A stretch of DNA of 64,000 nt, from assembly GCA_964016885.1 (NCBI GenBank), contig OZ024745.1, forward strand, positions 87,544,001 to 87,608,000. The letters run 5' to 3'. Below, piece after piece: positions 39,360 through 53,378 of this stretch. The position numbers and the translations under genes were made by a program. The notes under the pieces were generated by a model. The model worked only from the letters and a program-made list of their open reading frames with translations. It did no database searches and was not told where the DNA came from. The DNA is from Eledone cirrhosa. Its lineage: Eukaryota. Every line of letters begins with the position of its first letter. The first letter of the stretch is position 1.

Positions 39360-39845
39360 TACATACCTATATTTAAGTATCAGCCGTACTAAGACTGACA
39401 AATGAAATTTCATTTTTTCCATTTATCGTTTTCGGTACGCCCGGCCGAATAACTCACTCGATTTCCAAACTAAGCTGTTCAGCCCTTATTATGCATAAGG
39501 AAAGTATATACTTTCAAACGTTCAGTAAACTGACAGGAAGGTATACGGTGATGATGACAGCTAATAAGCTCCAAAATAGTTCATCGTCCCTTTGTCAGTG
39601 TTGTACAAAATGGCAACAATGGTTGCCGAAGACTATACGGCTAATAATTCGGGCTGTTTGTTTACAATCAAACCGAGCTTTATAATAAATGTTCGGTAAA
39701 CCCATACGTACATATATATATGCGTGCATGTATGTATGTCTATACGTACTACTGTACGTCTGTATACATATATGTATGTACGTGTACATACTTATATTTA
39801 AGTATCAGCCGTACTAAGAGTGAGGAATGAAATTTCATTTTTTCT
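39360..39845 (+). repeat. H1 unit with mutated hammerhead core (39545-39587)
   Basis: Same orientation as 10820-11190; core reads ATGATGA..CAAA atag TT. Confidence 0.8.
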
Positions 39846-39870
39846 ATATATATATGAATATATATGTATA

Positions 39871-40390
<520 letters not shown>

Positions 40391-40497
40391 TATATATATA
40401 CATATATATATATATGAATATATATATATATGTGTCCCAATATCTCTGACACCATCAACACCAAAAACACAGAGGTGGCATATCTAAGAACAGACTA

Positions 40498-40553
40498 ACT
40501 GCCTGACGAGATCATAGCCATTCAATGGCTATCAGCGAAATATATATAGCAGT
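40498..40553 (+). ncRNA. Type I hammerhead ribozyme (H4)
   Basis: actgc CTGACGA gatc atagcca ttcaa tggctat cagc GAAA tatata TA gcagt. Confidence 0.83.
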
Positions 40554-40600
40554 AAATAAATGATTATGAGTTCAATCAATTGACTTATGTTTCGTCACTA

Positions 40601-40686
<86 letters not shown>

Positions 40687-40723
40687 AAGTAAAAGCGAAG
40701 TAGTTTCAGATGTTCAAGTCCTT

Positions 40724-40873
40724 TAATAATAATTGTTTCTATTTTAGGCACAAGGCCAGCAATTATCCAGTACATTACTGGTACTTTATTTTATCGACCC
40801 CGTAAGGATGAAAGGCAAAGTTAACTTCGGCAGGATTGGAACTCAGATCGTAAAGGGACGTAACTATGCTGGA
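40724..40873 (-). mobile_element. 5'-truncated SINE (same family as 12476)
   Basis: Reverse complement of SINE body; empty site visible at ~41838-41855. Confidence 0.88.
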
Positions 40874-40945
40874 TGTGATATATATTTCAATGACGACACT
40901 GGCCACACTGTTCTGTGTGCGAGTGTCGTGACATCATCAGACAGC
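40874..40945 (-). ncRNA. Type I hammerhead ribozyme (H7), stem I clipped by SINE
   Basis: Minus strand: gctgt CTGATGA tgtc acgacact..cacac/gtgtg..agtgtcgt catt GAAA tatata TC aca|SINE. Confidence 0.75.
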
Positions 40946-41768
40946 TTGTTACATAATAAGGTTGTTTACGAGGCAATCCAAATTGAATCGACATGGGTAC
41001 GGATGAAGTTCGTGCTTTTGGGTTTTTCATCCGTTCCCTTGTGAGCACCAATTCACCCCCACCGGTCTGCGCAAGCGCATGTCCGAAGGAAGTTGACCAT
41101 TAGCACCGCAGATTTCAACGAAATTCTCTGTCAGTGGCCCACCTATGCCTTGCCAAAGTTTACTGCTACCCATCGCTACTGTGGCAGTCAGCTGAAAGCC
41201 AGAGGGGATGGGAAGATGTTAGTTTTTAGAGGTCATAATACTTCCTTTCACTAAGCGTTGACAGTAAGACTGACCATCAACTCATAAGGGAACATAAACT
41301 TAATTCTAGGTACTATGGTTTTACATAGTAAGTTAAGAGTGAGAGTTGGGAATAAAAATTAAAATTAAAAGTTAAAATCCTAAATCAAATATCAGAGATT
41401 ATAAATTAAACAATAAAGAATTCAAAAATTCTAAATTCAAAATTTTTTTTTCCCGTGATAATTCGGATTAAGTAAAGATATAGATTGAAGTGAGTAAATA
41501 ATATGGAGAGAGATGTTTAAGTAATATGTTCTGGGAGGGATTCTAGTGTTACCGATATTGAACGGCAGTGCCGTACATCATAACGGAGGGCAAACCACAT
41601 GGTTCAAGGCATTAGTCAATCCGTTACACGGTCATACTTTCCATCACATGGTGGGGGATGAATTGGTACTGACAAGGGAACGGATGAAAAACCCAAAAGC
41701 ACGAACTTCATCCGTACCCATGTCGATTCAATTTGGATTGCCTCGTAAACAACCTTATTATGTAACCA

Positions 41769-41842
41769 GCTGTCTGATGGTGTCACGACACTCGCACACA
41801 GAACAGTGTGGCCAGTGTCGTCATTGAAATAAATATCACAGC
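41769..41842 (+). ncRNA. Type I hammerhead ribozyme (H7), A9G core variant
   Basis: gctgt CTGATGG [stem II] GAAA taaata TC acagc. Confidence 0.7.
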
Positions 41843-41965
41843 ATTATTATTAAAGGAATTGAACATCTGAAACTACTTCGCTTTTACTTATTCGATATTT
41901 ACTCCGTCACTCCTATGTGGAAAAAGTACGTTGAGTGCTTGATTTGAATTGCATCAATGTTTACC

Positions 41966-42010
<45 letters not shown>

Positions 42011-42131
42011 ACAAACATAGAATATTCGAAAATATTCTGTATGTTTATAATAAACATTTTGAAGACCTAATCGCTATAGAATAGAATACGTCACGTATTA
42101 CAATTTGAGATTCTCGATAAAAGCAAGGGAA

Positions 42132-42174
42132 GTAACCTACGCGTTTCATTCTTATTTGAAATCATCAGGATTAC
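42132..42174 (-). ncRNA. Minimal type I hammerhead ribozyme (H3)
   Basis: Minus strand: gtaatc CTGATGA tttc aaataa gaat GAAA cgcg TA ggttac, enclosed by perfect helix ttctcgataaaagca/tgcttttatcgagaa. Confidence 0.87.
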
Positions 42175-42443
42175 ATATCCAATGCTTTTATCGAGAATGA
42201 CACAGCTAGAGACTTATAGAATACTTAGCTGTGTACAGGAACTGGTTTGAAAGAGCGGTTGCCGGTCCGGCAGAAATTAGAATTTGGATTTAATGCTCTG
42301 AAATAGCGATATATATGTGAAGACAAACATAGAATATTCGAAAATATTCTGTATGTTTATAATAAACATTTTGAAGACCTAATCGCTATAGAATAGAATA
42401 CGTCACGTATTACAATTTGAGATTCTCGATAAAAGCAAGGGAA

Positions 42444-42486
42444 GTAACCTACGCGTTTCATTCTTATTTAAAATCATCAGGATTAC
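42444..42486 (-). ncRNA. Minimal type I hammerhead ribozyme (H3, second unit)
   Basis: As 42132-42174 with one C-G to U-G change in stem II. Confidence 0.85.
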
Positions 42487-42740
42487 ATATCCAATGCTTT
42501 TATCGAGAATGACACAGCTAGAGACTTATAGAATACTTAGCTGTGTACAGGAACTGGTTTGAAAGAGCGGTTGCCGGTCCGGCAGAAATTAGAATTTGGA
42601 TTTAATGCTCTGAAATAGCGATATATATGTGAAGACAAACATAGAATATTCGAAAATATTCTGTATGTTTATAATAAACATTTTGAAGACCTAATCGCTA
42701 TAGAATAGAATACGTCACGTATTACAATTTCAAAATGTTT

Positions 42741-44150
42741 ATGTGTGTGTTTATGTTTGTTTATTTATTTGTTTATTTATATGTTACTGGTTGGTTGTTT
42801 GTTCTATGTGTGCGTGTGTTTTCATTTTGTCCTTAATTGTAAGTTGTGATGTGGCTGTTCCATTCATGTTTTCTATTTAATTTTGGTTAGAGTTCATTTA
42901 TGTTTATTGCCTCTCTGATTTGTCTAAACATTGCGTCTTTTCTGTGTGTAGATTCTATTTTTATTTCTATGTTCTCTAATTTACCCCTATGTTCTATTTT
43001 AGCATGTTGGTGGGGTACAGATGATTCTTTACTATCTTGAAGCTCTCGCCAATGTTCATTTATCCGTTCCCCTATAGTACGAGCTGTCTCACCTATGTAC
43101 ACTATATTCTTATCTCTACATTGTCCTTCAGTACATCTTATGCTATATACTACATTTCTAGTTTTACAGTTAATATGGAGGCTTAATTTACAAATTATAC
43201 ATTTCTTATCTATACAGGGAGGTCTTTGAAAAGGGTATGTATTGCTAATAAGTGTTTTTATGGAGGTACCTGTTCTTTCTACTATCTTAATATTGAGTTT
43301 ATGTTTATCTAGGGCCCTTCTAAATTTGTAAGCTAATTCACCTCTAGGGGTTGTATGGATGAACATTACACTCTGGTATTTATTGATACCATACCATGAG
43401 TTTATTCTATTAATCTTATTCCTAGTTCTTTCTATTCTATTCCAAAATTTGCTCCTACACAAGGGGCAGGTCCCATTTGTATCATTATTTACCATTTTTT
43501 CCCATTTGGTTCTGGCTCCTCTATATACTCTGATTTTATCTCTCTGATTGTAACCAGAGAACTGCATACGGTGGATGAAGTATTGTATGTGTCTCTCTAG
43601 TTCTTTGAGCTTGCACATGCGGGACAGGTTTCTCATCACCCGTACCAAATCCGCGATCAGATTTTGGTCAGAAACAGCTGAGTTTCGGTGGATCAGATAT
43701 TTGGAAGTCATGGGTTTGGCATAATGGGAATGGAGGATTTGTTTTTTGTTATTAATGGTATCTAACCAGAGCTCTGTGTCTAGTACGGGTGATCGATGGT
43801 TGGGGTGTTTGCTTGGGTAGTCTATAGTAACTCTAATACTCTGGTGGATGGAGTTAGCTATTTGCAGGATGCTTTCCATGGTGTTTTTTTCTAATTCCTG
43901 ACTGTTCTCTAGTGGGGGTGTTTTTACTACGATGTTTATATCATCAACGTAGCGCGAGTACATTATCAGGGTTAAGGGGGTGCTGTCTTCTAATTGTTCT
44001 TTAAGTTTCAGTTTAAGACTACTGTCCCACCATACCATGAATAGGTTAGCTATGACACCTGCAATGCTAACACCAATGACTGCTCCCTCCTCTTGGGCAT
44101 ATGTTTTTCCTTTAAATTTGAACATATGTTCCTTAAGGGTTAATTTTATA
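42741..44150 (-). mobile_element. Penelope-like element, 5'-truncated (RT + GIY-YIG)
   Basis: ORF 42887-44296: FKFKGKTYAQEEG, YSRYVDDI, VLDTELW, HYAKPM, CIDKKCIIC, VVYSIRC..YIGETARTIGERINEH; the ORF's first ~50 aa are flanking DNA. Confidence 0.9.
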
Positions 44151-44810
44151 TATATATATATATTCATATATATATATTCATATATATAAGTTAAAACGAC
44201 GAAATAACATTTCAAATCATTAGAAACATACTTCACTGCTTTACGATCGTTTCTAGGTGATAATACTACATCGTTATCATCATATTTCGTTATCAATCTA
44301 TGTAGGGTTAGTTACGAAATATCAGATAAGGAATATATTTACTTACATGTATTTCATCAGCCGTTTTCAAAAGCAATGAGAATTTAATTCAAAATCAGTA
44401 GTAAATTGAGTTCTATGAGCTTATTTGGAGGTAGCTGAATAACAAATCAATCAAATTTCTTTTCCATATGATGTTAATATGAAAAATAACTCACTTTAGT
44501 TGAGGTCATGACACTTTGAAAGGAATGGTTGAATGGTGTTAAAAATAGAATTACTATAAAGAAGCTATGAGGAAAAAGGGATTGTTATATTGATAGTGGA
44601 AAGTAGATGGTGGAGTGAAGTTTAAAAAGGAATGTAAAAATTAAAAGTTGAGTTGTGTTGTATTGAATTTTTAGGTGAATATAAATAAGTAAATATAAAA
44701 TATATAGAGATAGCTAGGATAAATATAGATAGGTAAATTAATGGCCATGAATTGGAAGCATAGTGTATTAAAAGATGAAAATCATAATAAGATAATGAAA
44801 TATAATAATA

Positions 44811-44992
44811 TAATAATTGTTTCTACTTTAGGCACAAGGCCAGCAATCACCCAGTGCATTACTGGTACTTTATTTTATCGACCCCGTAAGGATGAAAGGC
44901 AAAGTCAACCTCGGCGGGATTTGAACTCAGATCGTAAAGGGACGTAACTATGCTGGAAAGCATGGCGTCCGACCCTCTACCGATACTGCCAA
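44811..44992 (-). mobile_element. tRNA-derived SINE
   Basis: Reverse complement of the 12476 family. Confidence 0.88.
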
Positions 44993-45387
44993 AATAATAT
45001 AATGTAATATAATATAGTACGGTATGGTACATTGTATATAGTATAATACAGCGTATGATACATCATAAAATATAAAATAGTACATATTTTCAAGTGTGTA
45101 TGTATATGTTTATATCTATATATGCGTATCTATGTTTTTAATAGAGTATCAATATAATTATACCTCTATCTATATATGTGAATATATGCACTTTTGTGAT
45201 CTATGAAAATTATGCGTTTTGACTATATGTCAACATGCATTTATCTGAGTTTGATTACTTACACATAGACACACTTGAAAATATTTACTATTTTATATTT
45301 TATGATGTATCATACGCTGTATTATACTATATACAATGTACCATACCGTACTATATTATATTATATTATATTATATTATATTATTAA

Positions 45388-45576
45388 GGGCGGTGGATTG
45401 GCAGTATCGGTAGAGGGTCGGACGCCATGCTTTCCAGCATAGTTACGTCACTTTACGATCTGAATTCAAATCCTACAGAGGTTGACTTTGCCTTTCATCC
45501 TTACGGGGTCGATAAAATAAAGTACCAGTAATGCACTGGGTAATTACTGGCCTTGTGCCTAAAGTAGAAACAATTA
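45388..45576 (+). mobile_element. tRNA-derived SINE, full length
   Basis: gggcggtggattggcagtatcgg...aaagtagaaacaatta. Confidence 0.88.
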
Positions 45577-46001
45577 TATTATATTATTATATTTCATTAT
45601 CTTATAATTTTCATCATTTAATATACTATCCTTCCAATTCATGGCCATTAATTTACCTATCTATATTTATCCTAGCTCTCTCTGTATATTCTATAATTAC
45701 TTATTTATATTCACCTCAAAATTCCATACAACCCAACTCAACATTTAATTTTTTCATTCCTTTTTAAACTTCACTCCACCATCTACATTCAACTATCAAT
45801 ATAACAATCCTTTTTTCCGCATAGGTTCTTTATAGTAATTCTATTTTTAACACCATTCAACCATTCCTTTCAAAGGGTCATGACCTCAACTAAAGTGAGT
45901 TATTTTTCATTTTAACATCATAAGGAAAAAAACAATTTGATTGCTTTGTTATTCAGGTACCTCCAAATAAGGGCATAGAACTCAATTTACTACTGATTTT
46001 G

Positions 46002-46090
<89 letters not shown>

Positions 46091-46131
46091 GAATAAATAT
46101 ATATATATATATATATTTATATATATGAATA

Positions 46132-46164
<33 letters not shown>

Positions 46165-46170
46165 GAATAA

Positions 46171-46220
<50 letters not shown>

Positions 46221-46222
46221 GA

Positions 46223-46342
<120 letters not shown>

Positions 46343-46555
46343 ATATATATATATAATATGGTGCTATTTTAAATATACATGTTTTAACGGTCTGTTCTCC
46401 TGTATTTTACTTCTCCACGTGCTTACGCTCTGCTAATTCTCTCGCCCACTAGATATTAACACTGTCGGCACTAGTATCGAGCACACTCTGCATACGCTAT
46501 TTGGCAAATAACTACATGTATCACCTGTCCCTCCTTTTCTCTCTCTCGATACGTA

Positions 46556-46788
<233 letters not shown>

Positions 46789-46838
46789 AAAATAAAGTTA
46801 AATAAAAGTCAAATGATTAAAATTTAGCTTCGTTTATT

Positions 46839-46893
46839 ACTGCTATATATATTTCAGTGACAGCCATCTTTGGCTGTGACCTCTTCAGGCAGT
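46839..46893 (-). ncRNA. Type I hammerhead ribozyme (H4); truncated inverted partner at 47151-47245
   Basis: Minus strand: actgc CTGAAGA ggtc acagcca aaga tggctgt cact GAAA tatata TA gcagt. Confidence 0.83.
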
Positions 46894-47401
46894 TTGAATT
46901 AGTATGGTATAGACAAGTACATATATTGTTTAGGTGTATGATATTGTCAATACTCTGATATGCCCAGTTCCTTGTTGGGTTGTTAATTCACTGGGGAACT
47001 GGAGTCATATGAATTCAAAGAAACGAATTTTCGTGTCACATGTCCCTTTCTCCTCTCATTGGTCAGTTATTAGAACATTCCTCATTCTGAGTGTTGTTAT
47101 TGTTGGAGTTAGCTTAAAAATTCATAAAATGGTAGAAGGGACAAGGTGTTAGGTCACAGCCAAAGATGGCTGTCACTGAAATATATATAGCAGTAATAAA
47201 CGAAGCTAAATTTTAATCATTTGACTTCTATTTAACTTTATTTTACACTACTCCGGAGTAACCAAACCAACCTGCGCACTTCGTCGAGTGCTCCAGCCTG
47301 CATACTGAGGTGTTGGTATACAACCAACATAAACACAAAATCTCTCTCTCTATATATATATATAATATATAAGATCAAAAGATGGTTAAATGAGTTCCAT
47401 G

Positions 47402-47468
47402 TATTTTATTATGCGCATTTCAAAAATATCATCATGCAATAACATTTGTGTTTTCATCAGATAAAATA
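47402..47468 (-). ncRNA. Type I hammerhead ribozyme (H5), left arm of fold-back 47365-47682
   Basis: Reverse complement of 47573-47643 with a 4 nt stem II deletion. Confidence 0.75.
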
Positions 47469-47572
47469 GGAGGACATGATATGAAGGTTAAAAAACACTT
47501 GTGGATAGTGGATATGTTGATTTAAAACTGCACTATCCACAAGTGTTCTTTAACCTTCATATCATGTCCTCC

Positions 47573-47643
47573 TATTTTATCTGATGAAAACACAAATGTT
47601 ATTGCATGATGATATTTGTTTTTGAAATGCGCATAATAAAATA
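47573..47643 (+). ncRNA. Type I hammerhead ribozyme (H5)
   Basis: tattttat CTGATGA aaacacaaatgttatt gcat gatgatatttgttttt GAAA tgcgca TA ataaaata. Confidence 0.83.
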
Positions 47644-47769
47644 CATGGAACTCATTTAACCATCTTTTGATCTTATATATTATGTATACTCCAGTCCTAC
47701 AAACTGTAGAGTGCTTCTTAGCTGATATCTGCATTGCTATATTGTACTACAATAAAACTCACCTCCTAC

Positions 47770-47875
<106 letters not shown>

Positions 47876-47899
47876 TATATGTATATATATTCATATATA

Positions 47900-48440
47900 T
47901 GGACAACATGTGAAGAATTCATTTCTCGTGATTAGGCAATCGCTATTCCATAATCTCTTTAGAATATTTATTCGTTCATTAATACATAGTACACACGACG
48001 GAATTCCTCTTGCGTGTGGCTTGGACTTAGTGATAGCTTTCCATTGAATGCAGTAGTCTATACTTGTGTCCTTGAGTTGTGTGGACACATGTTCTAAAGA
48101 GATTATGGAATAGCGATTGTCTAAACAAGAGCATTAAATTTTTCACACGTTGTCCACACCTCTCGAAACACCTCTTACGTAACTACAAAGCTCCGGATTG
48201 AATTACAACAATATCCTAATTTTCTTAACAACTAGAAATGTTCGGACTTTCGCAGTTATCTCCCTCACACCTCTCGCACGCATTTTAGTATTGCCTGTGT
48301 AAAGTGATCGTTTCTGCGCATGCGCGTTCGTACGGTTGCCCTTCCTGTTCCGTATAACCATGTCCATTACGACCTGAGGATCCGCTAAGGTGAAAGAATT
48401 GTTATCGGTATGGTGAACTAACTGTTGTGTAACCACTTCT
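47900..48440. mobile_element. Naiad-type PLE 3' end with inversion and terminal repeat
   Basis: Minus 47900-48090 encodes [27 protein letters not shown]; plus 48092-48200 repeats the tail inverted, then UTR with a hammerhead. Confidence 0.75.
48370..48407 (+). ncRNA. Minimal hammerhead ribozyme (H8), slightly degenerate
   Basis: cgac CTGAGGA tcc gctaa ggt GAAA gaattg TT atcg. Confidence 0.6.
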
Positions 48441-48455
48441 ATATATATATATATA

Positions 48456-48515
<60 letters not shown>

Positions 48516-48517
48516 TA

Positions 48518-50504
48518 CAAAACCACCAACCTTTACGGACTTCCGAAGATCCACAAGTGTAAAATAATTAACGATGCCTGTAAATAATTAACAATGCCTG
48601 TAAACAATCCACCTCAGCCTGCGTGAACACACAATAAGACCAATTGTAGCGGGCCCACAATGAGAAACACACAGACTGAGCAACTTTATAGACATTCTAC
48701 TAAAACCAATTCTCAAACACATACCAAGCCTTGTAAGAGACGATCTGGACCTATTAAACCACCTCCCCAAATATGTCAACAACGACACAATTATTATATC
48801 TTTCGATGTAGTGAATCTCTACACAACGATCCCACACCAATACGGATTAGAAGCAATAGGATTCTGGCTAGAGAAATATCCCAGTGAGATACCTGGCAGA
48901 ATAGAAAAAAGCTTCATGACCGAGGGATTAAAATTTATCTTAGAGAACAACTTTTGGGATTTCGATGGCAGTACTTACAAACAAATATCGGGAACTGCGA
49001 TGGGTATAAAAGCCGCTCCAACTTATGCCAACTTAGTCATGGCATACTTAGAAGTCTAGATATATGAACAGTCCAAATCAAAATACGGATTGAACTTCCA
49101 CAAATATTTATCAGAGAATTGGAAACGAGACTTGGATGATTGTCTCATTCTTTGGTCCCACACACTCGACCAACTGAATGATTTTAAAAATGTAATTAAC
49201 GGCATCAATAACCACATCCAATTGACAATAGAATACAGCCAAGATCAACTCCCATTTCTGGGCATCTTACTCTTAAAAAAAGACACAAATATTGAAACTG
49301 ACATACACTACAAACCAACAGATTCCCAAACAATGCCTGCTATTCACCTCCAACCATCCAAATCACACGAAGACGAACATTCCTTTTAACCTAGCAAGAA
49401 GAATTTGCACAATTGTCTCCAATTATGAAACGCGAAATAAAAGACTTCCAGAATTAAAGGAAATTCTACTCGAAGGATAGTATCCACCATTACTAATAAA
49501 TAATTGTTTCTACTTTAGGCACAAGGCCAGCAATTACCCAGTGCATTACTGGTACTTTATTTTATCGACCCCGTAAAGATGAAAGGCAAAGTCAACCTCG
49601 GCGAGATTACTAATAAATAATGGAATAGAAAGGGCTAAAGCAATAGGCATTGATGAATTACGAAAACAGAAACAAAATCAAGGTACGTCCAATATTTTAT
49701 CATATATCTCAACACACAATCCAAGAAATGTGGAAGTTTACAACGCTATTCACAAGAACATCCCACTACTAAAACAAGGCCCAAGAATGAAAAGAACCCT
49801 TGAAACACACACAATAATCAAAAACAAAAGACAACCGAAATTACTGAAAACATTACTCACCAATGCAAAATTACCTACCACAAACCCACAACCAACTGTC
49901 AAAAAATGTGGTCGCTCTAATTGTGGAGCCTGCACTCACCTCATTGAAGGCAAAACGTATACATTCCAATCAGGACGAAAATTTTGCTGTAAAAAATCAC
50001 TTCACTTGCTCATCAAAAATCTACTTTATGCCATTATATGTAAAGGATTCAATGAAGATTATATAGGACAAATTAAACTCACACTCAGGAACAGAATGAC
50101 AGTTCATCGCCAACAATTACGAGATCCAACCACGAGACAGATACCACTAAGCACACATCTAGACATATGCGCAAGTAATAAGACACCCAAATTCCAAATC
50201 TTCCCATTTTACCTTTGTGCTGACAATACAACAGAACAAATACGAATAAATAAGGAAAATATGTTTATTCAAAAATATAGACCAACATTAAATATGGTTT
50301 AATATACATTATGTCAACACCATAACATGCTAACCATCCAAAAAGACACAAACACACACACATAACACCTACTACTTTAGAAAATAAAAACCCGAACTAA
50401 ATAAACCTTCACATACGTTTGTGCTGACAATACAACAGAACAAATACGAATAAATAAGGAAAATATGTTCATTCAAAAATATTTCTACTAACGGAATCAT
50501 TTTC

Positions 50505-50537
<33 letters not shown>

Positions 50538-50597
50538 ATATATATATTCTCTTCATCTTAACATGCTAACCATACTCCCACACACACATAACCCCCT

Positions 50598-50629
<32 letters not shown>

Positions 50630-50750
50630 CTCCCACCCCATTTCTACTAATAGAATCACTTTCCTACACACATACACACACACAAAATATATATATTCTC
50701 TCCATCTTAACATACTCCCACACACACAACACACATAACACCCATTAGAA
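48518..50750 (+). mobile_element. Penelope-like element (Neptune-like), 5'-truncated, decayed
   Basis: YGLPKIHK, RPIVAG, SFDVVNLYTTIP, YKQISGTAMG, RDLDDC, LPFLG, HYKPTDS; CGRSNCGAC, LLYAIIC..YIGQ..RNRMTVH; ORF ends 50302. Confidence 0.9.
49505..49605 (-). mobile_element. 5'-truncated SINE inserted in the PLE with 16 bp TSD
   Basis: attactaataaataat at 49489-49504 and 49606-49621. Confidence 0.9.
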
Positions 50751-51238
50751 ATTAAAAATTAATAATTAAAAATTAATACTTTTTCAAGTGGGAATCTGGA
50801 TTGAGGCGAGTAAAAAAAATTTAGATTGAAGTGAGTAAATAATATGCAGAGAGATGTTTAAGTAAGAAGTTTTGAAATGGGTATTAATGTTACGGTTATA
50901 TTATCTATATACTGAACGATAGTACCGTAGAGTAGAACGGAGGGTAAATTACGGTATGAAAGGTAGTATTTAGTCGGGTACATAGTTAGAATTTCCATCA
51001 CATGGAACAGAACCAAAATAAAACGATATAACGTACACAAAAGAAAAAAACAATTAATGAATAAATGTAAAAACACATAGAGTACATATATGCAAAATGA
51101 GATAGATGATCAATATGATTGTCAATTTGTCCATGTATAGATTGAATTCTGTTCAAATGCGATTTGGTGCAAGAAAATAGGGGTTTATCTTTGTTTTTGT
51201 TTCCGCGTATTTATCCTGCCGAAAGGTATTAATATTTA

Positions 51239-51344
<106 letters not shown>

Positions 51345-51382
51345 ATATTAACAAATGGAAGCTATATTTATAAAATCATATT

Positions 51383-51448
51383 TATTTCATTATACATATT
51401 TCAAGGGCCACGAAGGTAAACTCTGGTTCGCTTTCATCAGATAAAATA
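51383..51448 (-). ncRNA. Type I hammerhead ribozyme (H5-related)
   Basis: Minus strand: tattttat CTGATGA aag..cca..tgg..ctt GAAA tatgta TA atgaaata. Confidence 0.7.
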
Positions 51449-51639
51449 TAATATAGGTTAGTTTTATAAATAGATATTGTCATAACCTTAAAAACTGCAA
51501 GCATTCTGGTTGGAATCTCCTGGATAGTGGAGTTATTAGATTTATTGTTGGTTTATTATGCAAATTAGTGACGGAAAGGTTTAAATAACAGTATATTTAA
51601 ATTAAGCCGTTGGACACTAATTTGCATAATAAACCAACA

Positions 51640-52240
51640 ATACATTTTATGTAATTGTTTCCTAGTTCTTTCTATATTAAATTTCTTATAGTCAATAAGA
51701 AGTAGTGCAAAATCGCGGTATAAACCACCATTGAGGTTGAGTAGATTCTTATGAATTTCATTTGAGAAATAAAGGCCCAACAAATCAGTGATCTGCGCCG
51801 AGTCACAAGATCCCATAGTTATGACAAAGTTGTTATGTGTATCCCTGCGGGTCCATAATTGATCTTCAAATGTCATTATGGTTTTTCGGGCCGCAAGGAT
51901 GACATCAATTTGGGATCTAGTAAGGTCACTATTGTTAATAGCCATAATTAATGCCTTATTTAATAGGATAGGGGAAATAGAGGTGTTGTATGAATTAATA
52001 TCAAATTGTATACATTTTTTATTTTTATTCTCTTTAATATTAGTGAACCATTCAATTACTTCACCTATATTTCCCCACTGGCTAAGATATATTTTATGCT
52101 TAAATTGGGGGATCATTCTATCTAATATTTTTTTGCTGATAATTCAAATGTCAGATTTGGAAGGGCAAATTAGTCTCATAGAAGTTTACTATTAAAGTCT
52201 TCCTTGTGGTCTTTTAGAGAATCATCTTTAGGCAGAATCA
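51640..52240 (-). mobile_element. Naiad-type PLE RT fragment
   Basis: RLICPSKSDI, QWGNIGEVIEWF, QFDI..SISP, ITMGS.DSAQI.DLLGLY, GGLYRD. Confidence 0.82.
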
Positions 52241-52267
52241 TCCCCCAATCATCTTTAAAGAAAAATA

Positions 52268-52665
52268 TATACATGAATGTATATATAGTATATTTGGCAA
52301 TATAAGCATACAGTGTATTGACAAATATACTATATATACATTCATGTATACATCGCTATTTCAGAGCACCAATTCTAATTTTCAATTTTTGCTGCACAGG
52401 CAATCGCTCTGTATAATCAGTTCCTGATTATTACTGGAATTCTATGAGAATCCAACATTTATAATTTTCAACAGACAAAGCGAGTGCTAAGCTCTGATGA
52501 TTACCAACAGTATGAAACAGCTTATCTGTCTGCTTATCTTCCTTTGTTTGTTGAAAAAAGAAGTAAGTGACATAGTTACTACTCTAAAATAAGAGCGCAA
52601 GTTATTCAAAATGTTTTTAACTAAGCATACAGTATATTGCCAAATATACTATATATACATTCATA
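52268..52665 (+). repeat. H3-related ~319 bp unit with stem III-deleted hammerhead (52488-52524)
   Basis: aagcatacagt.tattg.caaatatac at 52304 and 52623; atcgctatttcagagca shared with H3; taagct CTGATGA ttac caaca gtat GAAA c agctta. Confidence 0.7.
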
Positions 52666-52731
52666 TATATATTCATATATATATATATATATATTCATAT
52701 ATTCATATATATATATATATATATTCATATA

Positions 52732-52837
<106 letters not shown>

Positions 52838-52853
52838 TATATATATATATATA

Positions 52854-53097
<244 letters not shown>

Positions 53098-53128
53098 TAT
53101 ATGAATATATATATGAATATATATATGA

Positions 53129-53157
<29 letters not shown>

Positions 53158-53160
<3 letters not shown>

Positions 53161-53289
53161 AGCAGCGATGAATTGGTTTAGCGAGGTTTTTTATATGAAA
53201 TCATGTGTCGAAACAGATATTGTTATACTTGGGGTGTGTTCTGTTATTAATTCTGGCAATATTACGCAAATATGACCCTCCCCAAGTAT

Positions 53290-53296
<7 letters not shown>
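53158..53296. repeat. Short (TA)n-embedded repeat with 18 bp internal inverted repeat (copies at 55146-55283 and partial at 61281-61330)
   Basis: atattgttatacttgggg ... ccccaagtataacaatat. Confidence 0.8.

Positions 53297-53378
<82 letters not shown>

Larger units (their letters stand above)
40683..41893. repeat. H7 divergent inverted pair (arms 40683-41062 and 41650-41893)
   Basis: Arms are reverse complements apart from a SINE insertion in the left arm. Confidence 0.88.
42008..42730 (-). repeat. H3 tandem array, 312 bp unit x2.3 (retrozyme-like)
   Basis: aagacaaacatagaatattcg at 42008, 42320 and 42632; near-identical units. Confidence 0.95.
44389..46002. repeat. Large inverted duplication, ~700 bp arms, each containing a SINE
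   Basis: aaaatcagtagtaaattgagttctatg... versus ...catagaactcaatttactactgatttt; short central spacer ~45105-45260. Confidence 0.9.

Noticed and set aside
42008-42730. Tandem repeats as a CRISPR array
   Set aside because: Units are 312-466 bp without unique spacers; eukaryotic context, no cas genes
44300-44370. Minus-strand CTGATGA
   Set aside because: No downstream GAAA-NUH or stem I closure
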